From Phoronis australis (Eukaryota > Animalia > Phoronida), in the NCBI GenBank assembly GCA_002633005.1, contig NMRA01000185.1:531399-595398 (forward strand): 64,000 nt of DNA. The letters are read 5' to 3'. Made by a program: the position numbers and the translations under genes. The notes below the pieces were generated by a model. It was given only the letters and a program-made list of their open reading frames with translations. It made no database searches and was not told where the DNA came from. This document shows, piece by piece, positions 13,652-29,054 of the stretch. Every line of letters begins with the position of its first letter. Position 1 is the first letter of the stretch.

Positions 13652-16600
13652 TTAAGGTTATGTAGCTTTTAAAAAAATTTAAACTTTGGTTGAATTCGGA
13701 ACATGATACCTCATAAATGGCCCATTGAATTCCTATCAAACTTTCAGGTATTCTGGTTTATGCATTGTTCTCCCAAAATGTAAGGAATTATTTTTGAAGA
13801 CTTCCACTTTTGCATCAGGGACTACCTAATAGTAGTACTATCATGGTCTTTGAGAAAAAAAATAAAGTTGCACAAAAGGAAAATGAAAACACATCTTAGA
13901 AAACTGTAACAGGATTCTTGAGCTTTCATCTTGAACACTGATATCAAAAACACTTAGACATATTATTGATACTGCTGTTTAGCTATCCAAGTGCCTACTG
14001 TTTTTGCTAAATTTCGGGAAAAGAACTTGGTGGTGTCTCCCAATGAATAAGTTTGATAAAAAGTAAAAACTAAAATTGTAGAGGTTTTCTACTTTCAGAC
14101 GATTGATATACTTCTACAGTTTTGTAGACACAATAAGAACTAGTATCAGCTGCATGTGACTAGAGATAACATAACACCTAGACTTGTGATGTCAACAGAC
14201 TATAATCACTTGCACACAGGACAGGTGACCTGAAACGGTTTAAACATGTGCTAAGGAAATATTGTAGGAGGTGTTTAATGAGAACAAGCAGTACAACTAA
14301 GCCTTTTCACATCAGAAATGTCATTGTATAATTCTACGAAAAATTGAACTGATAATGAGACCCACTTCTAGGAACTGTTCTAGCCAATTATATTCAATGG
14401 CTCTTTATTTATTGGTAATATCAGCAACAATTTAAGGACTGTTTAACCAGAAATGCAACTATTCTCTGTCACTAATGCAGTGATGTGTTAAATAGGGCAC
14501 AATCAAGTGTAAAAACTAACAGTAATATGCACTAAGAAAGACTTAATGTCTGAGCAATCAGCAGAATTACACTATAATGTTGTAATGTCAAAGCCACATG
14601 ACTGAAACCTGATTAAGGGTTAAAGATCCGGTTTGTGTATTGCATTATAGTTGCCTCTACTTTCAATCAAGGAGATTAAATTTGTGCAGCTATTTTAAAA
14701 GTATTCTGAATGATAATCAAAACTTCACAGCTTGTGGAACATTAAAAAATGAGTGAACTTTTGGAAAAGGGTTCTAACTGTACCATCTTTTCATTTTTGA
14801 GAGTTCAAATTGCCATAAAATATATTCAATACAGTTGCATAATACATGCTCAACACAGATACTACAAAAGTTTGTCATTGTTTCTATTTATTCCTCGGCA
14901 CTTTAAAACACAAGAGGCAACAATTTTCTTAATGAAAGTGAAATTTGATGAACAAAAACTATCTCTTGATGACTACTCCGTGAGGCAAAATGAATAAGCC
15001 TTGAAGCTACAAATAGTATGGGGCCTTAACAAATAAGATTTTGACTTGAAGTGTGGAGTGGTGATATTCAGAGTTGTGATGTAAAGAAAATGTTTTCACT
15101 CAAGGAGCAATTGTTTGTTCACATGCATTCACTGTTTACATCAGGATACAGTGAAAAAGGGGAAGTCCCACTGAGCGTGACCTACTTATATCACAGGCAG
15201 CTGGGAGCGACTAAACCGAATACCTGACCTAAACAAATAAAGGTGCCAATCTTCCAAGAAACACGATCAATTTGCGTAAATGGTCGATAACAGAGCAAAA
15301 CTTGAAAACCCTGGCAATGATTAGAACAGGAAGAGACAACAATGAAGAGAGGAGTCCCACAATGCATTTCATAGAATTGAATCCTGTATCTGCTTGTTTG
15401 TAAATTGAATAGTTTTGTTATCTGAAAATGGCTTAGGGATTCCTGATAAGTGACTACTTTAAAATTCTTAATGAACTGAAGGGCAATTGTGTATCTCAAT
15501 AAATTAGCTACCGGTGTTTTATGATTTCTAAACAAGATTTCACAAACTTATGTTTGATTTTTATAACCATCAATTTAAATAGAACACATGGGGAGGGCTA
15601 TAATACATCTGTTTACAGTTCTTTATTTTGATTTCCAAGACTTGTGAATACTGCAGTTTTACTGTGAGTTCAAGTCCCTTAGAATTTTCCCCTCCGTCTT
15701 GTTATTGTACTTCACTTTCAAGATAAATATTAGAAAAAATAATGCAAAAAGTGTTCAAATGTAAAGGTAACAAGGGCCAAGGTGTGTAGTGTTTACGTGA
15801 CCAATTATCATCAATGGGTCAGCTGATGATAAGATAGATTACATTTTATCTTATCACTGACCATTTCCAGATACAACTGCATTTGACTGTGCACATGGCC
15901 AGTGATACCTATCCCAAACTGTAAACAGAATAACTATCATGATAAAGGTATACTACACACCTAGTAGGAACTGGTATTAAAGTTATTGTAGCACCTTAAT
16001 AACATGTCAGGGTATTTAGTAAAAAATCTACAAAACTATAGATTTTAACTCCGTAAAAGTATGCATTTTCTGGAATTAAAAAGTCTACATAATTTGATTT
16101 TTGACTTCATACGAAGTTGACTTTTTAGTAACACATAGCCAAGAAGGAATGTGCATAAAATCAAAATGAAAACGAGGTGATAATTTAGAAAATTGTAACA
16201 GCTTCTGTGAGATTTTATCTTGGACATAAGTTGAAAGGCTTAGTCACACTACTGAAACAATGGTTTGACTATGAATGTATCTTACATTTTTGCTAATGTT
16301 TACTAAAAACACGAGGTCAAGTGGCCCAAGTTGTTGTAGTTTAGTATAAAGCCACAAATCAGATTCTTGAGTTTCTACTTTCATAAAATATATTCTTTTA
16401 CTGAATTCAGTAGTTTTGTAGACATTTGGCTAAATGTGTACACTTGTTGACAAGTCGTAGATAACCTTAAGGAGCAACTATTACACCTGACATAAAAGCC
16501 ACTACGCAAAAAATACCATGTCATGACACAAAATTTATGTCTCTGGAATTGCATTTAGAATTTTTACCAGTATTTCCATGCGCTGATTAGTGAATTCTGG

Positions 16601-17520
16601 TCGAATGCGACAATGTAATGATCAAATTAACAACAGGTTCTTTATTTATCAGCACTCAGACCCAACCTACCCGTGACTTGGCAAATGTGCAAAACTGCTT
16701 TAGAACAATAAAGCTCACACCCAAACGCTATCAAGATTAAAGCCAATATCTAGCAACTGAGGGATTTATTATCAAGTCCTTTATTCTATGTAAAATTCAG
16801 GACAACAGTAATACATTCATCCTACTAGCCATTCAATGTAACAAGGCATAATGGAGGTACTTTGCTAACACCAATAATTTCCCAGAATAAACACAGTACT
16901 GGCACTACTGCAAAAATCCAGGTGCATACATGCAAACACATTTCTAGGAGGAGCAACCTTATTTTTTACATTCAATCCAAACTGCTTGATCAGTACCATG
17001 AATTCTGCAAGATGTAAGACCTTTCTTTCATTTTGCTGTGCCCATTTCCTGGAAATCCAGGTCTACTTATCATGTTCAAGCATTCTAGTGATCAAAGCAA
17101 CAATGAAATCATGCCTTGGACCTTAAACTTTTTATTGTGCCTGCTGGTTTCAAGGAATATATCACAGGCAGCAAATAATGGATCAATCTTATAAATTTGC
17201 ACTTACTTTCTACAGCCACCCTTAAAATTATGTGGGATCCTAAATTTGGAATGTCACACCTCAGAAATGGTAGATCGAATTCACTGATTCACCATTGCAT
17301 CAGAGCCTACCAAAAGTAGTACTTTTATGAGAAAATGAGAACAAAATAACAACTCAGAAAGAAAATTGTTAAGAGGGTTTTCTGAGATTTCATCTTGAAC
17401 ATTAATATCAAATGAAATTTGGTAAAGTTATTGGCTCCATCAGTTTGCTGAGATTGCACTTTGACAAAAACTTTCGAAAAATGTGGTCAAGTGGTCAAGG
17501 TGTTACCTAACTTTAAAAAA
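13652..17520. repeat. Fragments of an old dispersed TTAA-ended MITE family (also ~41870-42370 and ~61130-61370)
   Basis: Recurring degenerate blocks such as GATTTT(C)ATCTTGAACA (~13920, ~16210, ~17385, ~42120) and GTAGA(C/T)ATTT(G/A)GCTAAA (~16418, ~42329, ~61317). Boundaries are approximate. Confidence 0.5.
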
Positions 17521-19489
17521 AAATAAAAAGAAACTTCTTCACGTGGACTTAAACATTTCCTCACAGTGACACCATCGTTGACAACTTTCAGTTGGGAATG
17601 GGTCATCATTTAGGGTTCAAACTTTAGGATGGCCAGCACTAGAATGCTTTTCAAAGCCATGGCAATGGAAATAATGTCCTACCATGGTAAGAAAATTTTC
17701 AGGGCAGATTTAAGTGATATGGTTGTGGTTAAGATTTTGTTTCTGAACAGCTGAACAGGGCACGCAATTTCAATATATGAAACATTAACACCTAAGATGA
17801 GTTAGGAGTAGAAAGGATGGGGAAACAGATGTAAAACAAACTAAGCGCAATAAACAGGCCACCAAGATAGAGTAAGGCAGAGAAGCCAATGCAACAACAG
17901 AAAAACAACATGCTTGAACAGTCAAGCCCATGTGACATTGCAGGACTTTATTACATCACCCAAACCAGTAAAGTGCACCCAGGTACAGAGTTCACCTAAG
18001 TGACTGCAGAAGGTTTGGAGTTGTCTCCCCATGTGAAGAAGAGGAGCAGGATCTTATCTCCCCATTAAAACAACAGCAGGGACCAATGGAACACTGAACA
18101 CCTTAGTTAATGTCACCTATCAACATAAAGTCTACTGTCTACAAAGCACAAGGGCAATAAAATGCATTGTGCACATATTTTATATCAAACACTTTAAAAC
18201 ACAATAATCCGTTTGTTGACCTTAATTTTAATGGCAATAAAATGAGGGCACAGGGGAGGATGACATCGCATAGTACATTATTAAATAAGCACTAGGCAGA
18301 AAGATCAAACGACATATAAAATGCACGTGCACAAATTATATGCCAAAATCAACGTTGTTAACAAACATCAATTCCATCAGCATATACTTCCAACTCACTC
18401 ACATGTTCCACAGCATTTAGTAAAAGGCAATAAAGTACAAAAACATTCATATCTAAAACATTGGTATTTGCCATCTGCTATTTGTTTATAAGCAAAGAGT
18501 AGACATTTTTGTGGCCACCAACAGCAAATGACAAGAACTGGAAAAACACTGCGACTGATGTCATCTCAGAACAATAACCTTAAGAGATTTAGGAACATGT
18601 GTATAATGAAGTCATAAGGATCATTGAGACTCATAACAGCAAAAACACTGAGTTATTGCCAAATCGGAAAGGAAAGAAATGGTCTTTAGTCCCCAAGTTC
18701 AGTGTAACAGTGGCAGTGACAACTTATCATGATGTTGTTTGACATTGATCTGTTCCGTCACGTGCCAAACAGCCTTAAAAATTCTGATTGTTGACTTTAC
18801 AATAGAACTTAGCTGTCAAAAACTTGCTTGAGTATGATTTTAATAAATCATCATTCAACTGCATTGGCGTGATGGCCCCTAATCTTACTCATAGGTTACA
18901 CCTGTAACTTCAAGTTTATTTCAGTCTCCAATAGATAACAAAACAGCACGGCAAATAGAAAAAGAGTGCTGGTCTATCATGAAATGCATATAATTTTACA
19001 AAGCACATATCAATGTTCTACACCAGCAAATGGCTAACAGTCACCACAGAAACAGTCAGAGTCCAAGTAAAACACTTGCAATAACCAAACAGTATGACTA
19101 CAAGTTTGTGTACAAAACAACAGCACCATTCAGAAGAAAGGGTTTCATAACCAAGATTCTTTCAAGCATTCCACAACCAAGTGCTTTCATAATTTAATAA
19201 CTACCTTTGGCACAGAGCCATCACAACCAATCAAAACAGGCCAGGGAGGGCTCTTTACACCACAGGAGGAACTACAGAAATTTTAACAAACAAAAACAAA
19301 GCAAAGTCCAGTTGGGTAGCTGGTTATTGACATCTTGGGGCAGAGATAACCCAGTGCTGGGAGAAGGAGGAGGTCTACATTGTCTCAACCTTCCAAGCAC
19401 CCTGACCCGATCATGACTCAGGTGGACTTTGATTTCTGTCGATGAGATGGCACTTTCCAATCTTGAGCCTCATGAGAAACCGTTATCTC
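16620..19489 (-). other. Candidate terminal exon / long 3' UTR of the minus-strand gene
   Basis: Acceptor CATTTTCATTGACTTTATAG at 19490-19509. U/G-rich minus strand with no long ORF. Minus-strand AATAAA at 16641-16646; the 3' end is uncertain. Confidence 0.45.
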
Positions 19490-19904
19490 CTATAAAGTCA
19501 ATGAAAATGTCCATCAATAGCATTGCATTTAACATTTAGGCAGCACAATTCAACAGTAATAATAACAAATACTATATTAACTACTGCAAGTGCCATGAAA
19601 GTTGAGGCATTCTACAAAATTCCAAAATGAAAATATATTTGCAAGTAATACGTTGTTTTAATTCAAGTGCAACTAACTTGAGTCTAAAATAAAAAAAATT
19701 ATTTATCTCATAAAAAGTTAATGAAATTGTCATCCAAAAAGAAAAAAGAACAAGCTCATGTTCAACTAGTTACTTGTCAGATATTGTAATGCAATGTGGG
19801 CAAGAATGTAAGACAAATTTTCTTGTTGCAGAAAGTCCTAAACAAATGAATCACATTAAAAATATTCCAGCTTCTGAAGACTGAAAAATCAAAGGGTGAT
19901 GGGT

Positions 19905-20376
19905 CCCCTGGGGGGCACAGCTATAGATGAGGTATACGGGACGTGGTACGCAGAAGGGCAACTTTTTAACAACCAGTTTTTCTACAAAAGGGAGCATCTC
20001 TGACATAATTACCTACAAAAGGGTTCAATTTGGGAGTTTGAAACACTATAGAAGGCTCCCTTTTGCAACTTCAAAAATTTAAAGAAGAGTTTTCAATGTT
20101 ATTTATATCTTTTGAAACTTGCTCCATGTTATCTTTACTTGCACCATTTCACGCTATTGAGTTAAAAATTCATCTGTCTGAGAAACCTTACAAAAGTTTT
20201 AGGTTTACAGAATTAACACCTATAAAAGGCTAGAACAAATCCAACGAAAGATTGATTTTCCCATTGAAGCTCCCCCAAAATGGGTTCCTTTTTCAAGCCC
20301 ATACTCTAACTAGCTTAGCTGGGTATCGTACTTTTCTAGCTGCACCCCAACAAAAATATAATCAAGTACCCCCTGG
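19905..20376. mobile_element. Degenerate MITE with CCC..GGGGG / CCCCC..GG ends
   Basis: Left end CCCCTGGGGGGCAC and right end GTACCCCCTGG. Same terminal style as 25196-25458. Confidence 0.45.
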
Positions 20377-21951
20377 AACAGACTATCACCATCAGGTGAC
20401 TGGCATCAAAGTGCCAAGTCACACTTTTGCACTTTCATCTTTTACTTAACCATTGATAACAATGATGATTACAAACCAGGACCACTTCCGTACCCTGTGG
20501 TACCTTCGACAGGTAAATTGGCACTCGTCACTAGTCAGTACAATCAAGTCATCAGACGACCTATCACCATGCAACATTCCGGACTTTGCACCGTTTCGTC
20601 ATGAGGCCCGAGCATGCAGACGGATGATGGCCCGGTAATAGCTGTTCCTTGACCAACGCAGACGCAATGCCAGGTATTGGTGAGTTATCGGATTATCGTG
20701 AGAAAGCTATGCCACGTTATCAGATACAAGCATAGCTGAGCATGATAAGATTGTGAGAGTCACGTAGTACTATATACTACACGTGGACTTCGTATTGTTT
20801 TGCTTCCCCAGCTTTATAAGTAGCATTTTTAAACAAAATTAAAGCCGAACAATTGCGTCTATATTTTTAAAACCTTTCTTTACGCGACATGAAAATAGCG
20901 TCAAAATTTAAATTGAACACGGATCCCCGGTGAATGCACAGCGGCATTCAGACGAGTTAAAGAATTTACTAAAAGATTGGAACGAGCTATACAAGCTAAC
21001 TGACTATATCAATATGCAGATATTAGTATATCTTATCCATTTAAAACCATTTGGCAGTCAAGGTGAGGCTGCTTGTATGTCTCTGGATAGACAAAAATTG
21101 TTTCTACGGCATTTAACCAATGGCGCTAAAACAATCGTTTTACTTGAGCAACTGATGATGGCAACCCACAAGCTACATTGTAAACAAAGATGTGTTGGAG
21201 ATGGATGATTAAATACATATAAGGTAAAATCTCATGAAGTGCGTACACAATGAAAATCCAAAATTGACATTTTGCATTTTTAGTAAAAGGGCTTCAAACA
21301 TTTCTGTGCATGGCCACTTTTTCAAAACTTTTGTCTAACGATAGGGGTGGTACAATGAACACGGAAAAGCAAATAATTTTGGTGCTACACATGTTTCATA
21401 CAAAAAAATAAAGTACGATTTCACTCGTTGCCATATTTAGTCCTAAACTGGCAAGATTTTACGGTACGCCAACATCGTACCATTGCTTATTTGATGGAAT
21501 AACAGAATGAACCACTTCATTAGCCGAGTTGACCACTGCACGGTGCTTTAAAACCCTGCCAAAATGAACATCTTCACGATTATTGTCTGGTTTTACACTA
21601 CAGCTTTAGCCAGATAGCTTTCTTGCATGTTGAGGCAGTGCAACAATGGATCAACAATGGCTTAATCTAGTTGGCTGATAACCAACATACATCATGACAA
21701 CAATGAACAAGAGGATATCCTTTGTATTCTCAAGAATACAAAGATAAGATTGGATAATTTAAAGCACTTTAACTATTTTTCAGGATTTCAGGGTAATTTA
21801 TTGTTTGACACCAGTAGCATTAAACCTTCAGTCAGTGCACTACATTTATGTCTGTATCAAGGATTAAGGTTTATGACCCAGTTCATGTGATAATGCAATA
21901 ATTACGTAAATATTACCTTTGAACAAAAAGCAATTGTCACACTAACCTTAC

Positions 21952-22031
21952 CAGACAATCACAAGCGACAGGTCATAACCCTTGTGCAGCACGAGGACAT
22001 TTTTTTCGCCTCTGGTTCACGTGCGTGTCCC
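21952..22031 (-). other. 80-nt non-coding exon (putative 3' UTR exon)
   Basis: Strong acceptor TTGTCTTTGCAG and donor CTG|GTAAGG. Stops in all three frames. Confidence 0.55.
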
Positions 22032-23960
22032 CTGCAAAGACAATGATGAAACAAATCTGAAGACAAAAAATACAGCAAACCCAATGTTCAACTCGACATG
22101 AAAGAAAATAATGCCCACCAAAGTAAAATCTCACCAATTTCAGACAATAATAATAATAGTTGCTAAAATACCCTTTTTGAGTTTTCAACGGCTTCTAATG
22201 TTGTGAATGCCCACCATCTTTGTCTACTGTGCAAAACTTCAACATGGAAATCCCACAGTATATGGAAAATATGATGAAATAATTTTCACTGGTCGAACAT
22301 ATTGTGTCCTAAATTGGGCATATTTTAGTGTAACTTTCATATCTCAAACATTTGAAAACAGATGCAAAATAGGCTACGGTAAACGCTCTTCAATTTGGCA
22401 CATAAGGTTCACCTATATGTGGAAAAAGTCGATCCAGAACCATTGAAGCATTCACAAGAATGCAGAGATCATACTAGCAATTGATGACAAAAAACGATGA
22501 AATATTTATCCACCCAAATAAAGCAAAATTCCTACAACTACTGTCTACTTTTTCCGGGAAATTTATTAAAGATTCATATGACGAAAGTTTCAGACAAACT
22601 CCCACGGTATGAAAATACCAGTTTGAGCAGAAACAATCAACTACGCGTGAGCAGTAAAATACATAGAAGCTCAAACATGCAATACAAAAACCCCACATTG
22701 AATTACAGTGGAATTTACCAGGCCTTTTTAAGATGTAATACTGCAGTGGTGGTGGTGGGGGCGGTGGTGGTGGTGTTGCAGGTGAAAGTGTTTTGTTTCA
22801 GTCTACACACCAACAAATGCAAATATCACCAACATTTATCAGAAAACTGAACTTCTTGCATCGAAATGTAGATCATCTTTAACAAGGAAACATTTTGTCA
22901 ACTTTGTGAGATCTGCAGCCACTCAAGCTTCTGTGTGCAAAAGCTCAGATAATCAATTGTACACAAATCATCTTGCAAGACTAAACAGAGCTTTTAAAAG
23001 AGACTTGGAAACCTATTTAGTCTGCTTCCCAATGTGAAGTTGCTTCCTGAGGAATCCAAAACTTTTGCCCATGCATCCAGCGACAAGGTCATCAGCCGAG
23101 AATCACGAGGCCAAGGCAAAATACTCAGGAGGCATTAGCTCAAAAGTCACACACGGAACAGTTGGATGACTCTCACGTGGAATGTCAAATATAATCTACT
23201 ATAGATTACAATCACAAAATGGTAAAAAATGTCTAGCCGGGTGAATACCCTACCGACCTTGAGAGAACTAATTTTGCCAGTCATTAGGGAACTCTAGCAG
23301 CCAAAACAAGAAATCAAACACCTATCAGACAGTGCCCCTGAAACAGCTATATACATCTGCCCACATATATTGACTCTCTGGTTTGTTTAGACTGTCTCTT
23401 TCAAAATACATTCCAAAAATTGCAGGATGACCACAATCTCAAACCATGGATATTTATGGTAGCAGGCAGAAATCTGGTGGCATTACCAGAAGCCATCCCT
23501 GGCAGCACTGGAAAAACCATCAGAGGCATGCTGGATACTATAAATCTGAGTAACATGGTACCTTTTATCTGTTGTTTGCTGGGGTTTGGCAGCTATTGCT
23601 AAAAACAAACTAGGCGAAACCAAGCTGAACTGGAGGTAATGCAAACCACATCAATGCAGATAGAGCCAAAGAAAGCCTCGCCACACTGGATAGTCGCCAC
23701 TGATCCACCAGACCATCTTAACCACCCAAGCAAATTCCATTGATGCTGAAACCTCTGTAATCACAACAACTTGAAAAGCCAACCAAAAATGAATAATGGG
23801 TAGGTACACACAGTGCCAGTAGGTGGAAACTGGGTTACGTAAAATATAGGTTTATTGGAAGGGTGATTTGATTGCTGTATTATTTCAGCACACAGCACCC
23901 TCAACACAAGTGTAAAGTGCCAAAGCTAATACACACGTTTGACAGAGATGATGTAGAACA

Positions 23961-24214
23961 TAGGGAGGGGTGGATGGAAGGAAGGGTGGAGTGAGGGAGG
24001 GAGTGCGGTAGGAATCGGAAAGGGGGGGGCAGGGAGTTAGGGATGGTAGGAAGGAGGGAAGGAGGGAAGGAGAGAAGACAATGGAGAAGGAGGGAGGTTG
24101 GTAGAGATAAGGAAAGGATTAGAGTTAGAGGGAGGGAGAAGGGGGAGGGGAGAGAGAAGGGGAAGGGGAGGGAGAAGGGGGAGGGGAGGGAGAGAGAACG
24201 GGAGCGGGAGAAAG
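23961..24214. repeat. Polypurine (G/A) low-complexity tract
   Basis: ~250 bp almost entirely G/A, with GGGAGGGAGAAGGGG sub-repeats. Confidence 0.9.
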
Positions 24215-25195
24215 AGCATCACATATTCAAATACTACCTAACTAGGCACCTTTCCAACACTAAAATAACAAATTTGTGGCTGTGTGAATCAATTGCAGTT
24301 TTTGCAAACTGCCACAGTCCCATCTCCAACTAAGCTCATGGGGAAGGCATACACACAGAAAAGAGCTGCAGAACTGTCATCTAATCTAATGGCATTTGCG
24401 ATTGCCAATGTGAAGTCAAACTATGACTAACTATGCCACTCAATACAATTATTCCAATGGAAACAAAATAGCAATGTATCACAATACCCAGAAAAAGTCA
24501 AATGGTAAGAAAACAAAACCAAAACCATTTTCCAAGCAGAAAAGAAATTTGGCAGTTTACCAAAAATGAGGCTAATCTAATTCCAAACAGGATGTTGTGT
24601 TAAAACCTTATAAACTGACCTGACCAAACAGTGATAATTAATAATTTTGATAATAACATGTTACTAATGAGAAATTTTTATATTAAGGCACTTCAACCTA
24701 TAAATATTAAATATACCACCAGGCTTTTTATCAGCTTGTTTTTTGAGCCATTAAATATCCAGGACAGCACAGAATAACAACTTTGACTTCTCTACCACCA
24801 GATGGCAGTACCTTACAGACACATCCTAAAGCTTGCACAAACTCAACTGTTGTTTCCCCAGAATATTTCTTCTACACCAAAAGACATATGCTAGAAGCAC
24901 ATCACAGCCCTTTTGCTTGTGATAAGTTTTTGTTTTATTTTCTTTTTAAAATTAAAGCTACATTTTACCTTGTTTTGGTGGAATTCAAATATATGCATTT
25001 CCAAGAACCAAATAAAACATCAGTGGATTGCATACAGTAAAAAGAGTTTGCTATCCAGAATCGTGACCCAACTTTTTAAGCAGTGTATCTTAACATTTCT
25101 CAGATGCAACACATAAAATGGGCTGGATACAAAGTTTCTGCAAATGCTTTCATCATTTTGGCACACGAGTATGATAACATTAAAAGGGGCATGGG

Positions 25196-25458
25196 CCCGC
25201 GGGGATAACTAATATTGACAAGGTGCCCGTAGGCATGTACCAAAATTGCTGAGACCCGCCCCTATTGCGGGTGCCAGGACTGCTAATTCCCACTCCCTTT
25301 GTGGGGTAGATTTTTCTGCCTCATCTCATGAAATGGAAATTTAGGGGCCTATTGGAACCTGCATGGGTCCCTCAAAACTTGCTGAAAAAGTATCGTCTAC
25401 CCGCAGTTTTTGGTACACACCTGTGAGCACCTTGTCAATATGAGTGACTCCCTCAGGG
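25196..25458. mobile_element. MITE (~260 bp) with ~55-bp imperfect TIRs
   Basis: Left arm ATATTGACAAGGTGCCCGTAGGCATGTACCAAAATTGC versus right-arm reverse complement ATATTGACAAGGTGCTCACAGGTGTGTACCAAAAACTGC. CCC..GGG termini; CATG lies near both flanks. Confidence 0.7.
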
Positions 25459-28400
25459 CATGAGCCAAAAGAACTATTTCATGTCTCCTTCAGTAGAGAG
25501 CAGGAGCTATATACAATACATGTTCCTGCCCGAATAAGGCAACGTTCTGCTGAAACTGCCTGAGCTAAAATTCTGATGAGACATAATTCACAAAGACACG
25601 AACACTTTTAAGAAAGTTTTGGCTGTAAAAATTTGGGATGCAGTGAGCCAAGCATGGGTGCTTGAAGGTAAAAATTTGGAATTTCGGGGGTGGGCACGGT
25701 CGTTAATCCAGATGAGTATGGTAGGCCAATGACCATTTATAAATGATAAAACAATATGCACACCATGAAAAGAATCCTACGGTGACACTCCAACCGGTCG
25801 AGATTGGGGATTACACCACCGGTTTGCACATACCATAGAATCTGCCAGTTTAGATCAAAGACACCATGCTGTTGTGGTTAATTAAATTACTCTAGGCTGC
25901 TGATGCACACCCTGTTGCAATCCCTCATAGAGTTGGCCTCACGTAACCAAAATTAACTTAGCACTTTTAAAACCGTCACCTGTGTGAGTTACAACTGATT
26001 CCAATCTCGAGGGGAATTTTTCAATAACTTGAGGGGAAATTTTGAGCCTCATGAGGGGAATTTCGCATGATTTCTCAACAATTTTCAGAGGGGAATGAAA
26101 TCGATGTTCAGCCCCAAAATTAAAGGATTGGGGGGCCCTGTTGATACTACATCTTCGTTTCTCCAGATGGCCAGTAAATAACGATAATATTCCGAGAAGC
26201 CATGATTAAAAGCAATTTATGATTCACAGCAACTGGGATGCCAAATTCACACCGAAGATTCACTCTGAGAATAACTTCCACCTCACAGGGGTATAATCTC
26301 TCTTCCTTTGAAATTTCAAGGTCCATTGTTCAATCATCTAAATCTTAAAACTATTTTATCGGTGTAAAGCACTTTTGTACCCCACAACAGAATTCAAGCA
26401 AGAGGTAGCTCAATTATAATAATCCATATACGTCAAACTAGTTCAGTGATACATTTGAAGTTTCATATTAAGCTTGAAAAACACATTTTTGGGATAAATG
26501 AAATTTCAGCTGCAAGCCTTGCCACGCTGTTTTGCACAAACAATAAGAACAGAATCTATGAAGTGTATCTGACCATTAAGAATTCAAGACTGGAAATTCC
26601 GCACAGCTGTGTTCAGACCAACTAAACCTAGTTGTAACTCTTTCTATAGATGTAACTAACACCCATGCACTGTCACCATTCACAGTGACAGTTAAAACAC
26701 CAAGTTAGTGCAGTGGAGGGCCATTGTCTCCATCAAGATTTGACAGCAGCGCCACCTATTGATTTTTTCAACTGCTGTGTTCACACCGAGTTACAATATT
26801 TCAACTCCTCTCCCAGAGTGAACAGCACAACAGTCATCGAACTGCATAAACACGATGACGACTTCTCATAACAGGTAAATTACCTGTAATTGGTAACATA
26901 AGACCACATGCCTGGTTTAATCGTTAGTACACCACTTAATTGGGCTAGCAACTCCTCACTAACAACTTACAAGAATCTACAATAACAAATGGGTACCATT
27001 GTACTATGGAGGTAAAAAATTCATAATAATATGCATGCATAAATGTCTGAACACCTCCATATATCATATATTACATCATACACTTGCTGACCACTGACAA
27101 CACACTGCGATATTTCGTTTAATACTTCAACTGTGATCAGAGATCAGACCATTTACTAAACGCAATTATAACTTTTTTCACATTTGTAACTGTTATATAA
27201 TCGTTAATATTCTCACTGAAAGTTACTAGTTCATGGTTTTAGTCCCTAGTCGTCAGTGCTATGGCTTTCTGACTCATCTCAATTAGTGCCTCTGACAACA
27301 ATTGTTTTCATAGATTTGACAACAATGCCACCAACAGAGTAATAAGTTTTTCAACTGCCATGTTCACACAGAGCTAACTCTTTCTAAACCACCCTCACAA
27401 CGGGTTATAATTATGCTACATTGACTCTTAAAACCAGTTTTAAAGTGTCCACACCACAATTCTAACCTTTAAATTGATTTTGAAAGTTACATAGCAACTG
27501 CTTTGGTGTGAACAAGGAATTTGTTTATGATTACATAATACAACCTGTGGACCACTGTGGAGACATTTTCGTATCAGATTTTGCATACAACTCCCTATAT
27601 GACAAGTGGACCACTGCCTTCAAAGTCCTACTTTCTCTGATTTTTTGTACATAACGCTTAGACTTGTGGGGTTCCTATGGTGTGTCACAATGACATTCGG
27701 GGTTTGTATGACCTTCTACCTACTGTCACTGTTTATTTCACTTCCAACATCTTCACTTTACAAAGTGCCTGAGGAGCAGACATGTGACCTGAAACATAGC
27801 TACTGTATTAATTTGTTTGTTTATGTCTATTGGCAATTTGCTTTACAACTGCACATACCAAAGATCAGAAACTGTACAAAGAATATGAACAAGTGAACAT
27901 CAAGCAGTCCAACAAAAAGTACAGTCCTGTTTTCAATCACAAAACATTGTAAAAAAATTTGTAAACTTCTGGATCAATGTCAACATACTCCAATGTTTTG
28001 TATATGAGGTTATATATGACTTGTGGGCTATTCGAAACACTACCATTAGTTGAACATAACTAATTCTCTACAATTGATGCTATTTTGACAGCCCTATGGC
28101 TCTTAAATTGTTGAATGGAACATTTATGGAACGCTCCTGAAGTATGGATATTGTAGACACGTCATGTAAACCATCTACAACATTGCACTAAACCTCCAGT
28201 AAAAGTACCAGGAATTTCCAAAGACCCATCCAAAAGTACACCCATGGGCTTATTTTTAGTAACTGTTGGCATGTTTTCAAATACGTATGCAATATGTTTT
28301 GAAGCATAAAATTTTATTTATTCAGCAAACATTATATTTTGGAGTCGGGATTTCACTCTTGATTATCATTTAGCGAGTTATTGGGTGACTGTTAGTAACT

Positions 28401-29054
28401 AACCACATTAGCATATTAGCACACTAATGAAGGACAGTTTTAATGACAGTTTCCGAAAATACGTACCCCTTTTCCGAAAACATGCTAGGCATACCATATT
28501 CGGTTTCATTTGACATTTTTGAAAGGTTGCTTTCCAAATATCTATCCACGGCTTATTTTCGGAAATTCCTGTTAACAGGCAGGTCATACAAAATTACAAG
28601 AGTGAAAGGTGATTGGTCACTGATGATGGAATTTTGAATTGTGAGATTGAAGGCACTGTTTCCATTCCACAAAGCCAAGATTTTTCATTGGAAATGCAAG
28701 CAAGCCAATGTGAAATGCAGCCCAGATTGCAAAGTAAGACAGGTTATGAGCACTGTGTCACAAAGTTGAAAAATTTGAATTAAACAAAATAATAATGGCT
28801 TCACATGGCTACATCACAGATTTTCCAAAATTCAGTTTTGGCAATCAGCAAGGAACAAGTAAAGGCTTTGAGTACAGGGTAAGAATAACATAACAGTTCT
28901 TTAATAGCAGGGAAGCTCTCCGATGAGAGTGGTTGGTTGGGACGAAGATGACAGCTTTTTCTCTAAGAACTATCAGGGGGTAGGAAGGCAAAAACCGTAA
29001 TGTTGTCTCAGATAGGGTTTTTCATCATTTTGCATCACATAAGGTAACTATTAA

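Noticed and set aside
24037-24333. Arg/Glu/Gly-rich and Pro/Leu-rich ORFs
   Set aside because: Artefacts of the polypurine tract.
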